Source: Tubiluchus corallicola
Lineage: Eukaryota; Animalia; Priapulida
DNA length: 64,000 nt
Assembly: GCA_030141605.1 (NCBI GenBank)
Contig: JAQGDQ010000920.1
Coordinates: 1-64,000 of the forward strand
Direction of reading: 5' to 3'
A model generated the notes under the pieces. It made no database searches, was not told the DNA's origin, and saw only the letters and a program-made list of their open reading frames with translations. The translations under genes were made by a program, and so were the position numbers. Shown here one piece after another: positions 62,950-64,000 of this stretch. Numbering within the stretch: position 1 is the first letter of the stretch; the number at the start of each line of letters is the position of its first letter.

Positions 62950-64000
62950 TGCCATGATTTATGCTGATACATTCCAGAATTGCTAATATTTTTGTTTTCA
63001 AGATTTGAGTCTTACGTTTTTCTTGAATCTACTTCATTACCTTAATGTTTTCATAGCTGCAACAATGTTAAGTGTTGATAATTGCTTTGAATTATACGAA
63101 TAATTACTTTGTTAAACATGCGCTAACATAATATATTATTTGGATGAATCGGTTAGAAGAAATCAAAATTTATTTGTGAACTCTCAGTTTTGTAATTTTA
63201 TTTTATTAACAGAAATAAAGACTTCTGTGAATACCATCAAGATTTTATGGAGTTTTGCTATTCACTGCAACAGTGTGTGACTCATACATTGTATTGTAAG
63301 AATGTAATATTGTGTGCCTGCTTATCCACCAAGTGTGGAATTGGTTATTGTGGAATTGAAAAGGATTAATTAATATGGTATCCGATATAACGTGACCTAA
63401 GACGGAGCAATTGAGCAAATTATGAAGATAAAAATGACATAAAATAGATCAATTAGTAAAGGAAAGCTGTGTTAAATATGATTTTGATTAAATTGGTGAT
63501 TAAATTATTAAATTAATAATTCAAGATTAAATGCTTGATGATGCAAGATTAAACTATCGTCGTGGATAGAAGCCCAGTTAGATGTGGCTTCACATGATCA
63601 GCTGATGTTCGACCGGCTGATTCAGAAGTAAAAATTGATGATGTAATCTTTATGCGCAGAAGCTCACGGGGCATTACGTAGTTAGACAAATGTGTTTTGA
63701 GGCTCGCACCTCGGGGGAGATTAGGAACTGACTTGAAGACGGAGGGTTGGAATTACTATCCTCTTATATTTACCGTGTCGTGTTTGATATTTAATAAATG
63801 TGTAGTTTATTAAATAAAGTCTTGATAGTTTGCCATGCCCATTGTGGCTACCTCACACGCAACGCAATAAACAACAATAATCAGCAAGCAGCATTAACCA
63901 CAAGAATAAATAAACTTCAACCAAATTATTTTACTCAACTGGGTGACTGAAACAAGGTGACCAGGATTAAAAACAAGATACCCAGGGTGACAACAAACTA

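Overview
AT-rich, intron-rich invertebrate (metazoan) genomic DNA, with all recognisable genes on the + strand. (1) A complete 8-coding-exon ZRANB1/TRABID deubiquitinase gene (1159-12074, about 728 aa: three NZF fingers, AnkUBD, OTU domain with intact catalytic Cys and His). (2) A tandem cluster of four related C2H2 zinc-finger genes whose CDS lies in a single exon (about 20.1-29.7 kb). Two are intact and two are decayed. They share an unusual N-terminal finger, an acidic linker with SUMO-type motifs and a C-terminal finger pair. (3) The first 14 coding exons (585 codons) of a VPS13A/C-type lipid-transfer protein gene (40304 onward, continuing past the window end). Introns and intergenic DNA are full of non-autonomous DNA transposons (hAT-, Kolobok-, pogo/Tigger-, MULE-, Ginger- and Helentron-like), 3' fragments of LINEs, and several minisatellites. 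Exon boundaries were read by eye from GT-AG sites and phase continuity. Family assignments come from recalled motifs, not database searches. There is no rRNA, intact tRNA or CRISPR array.
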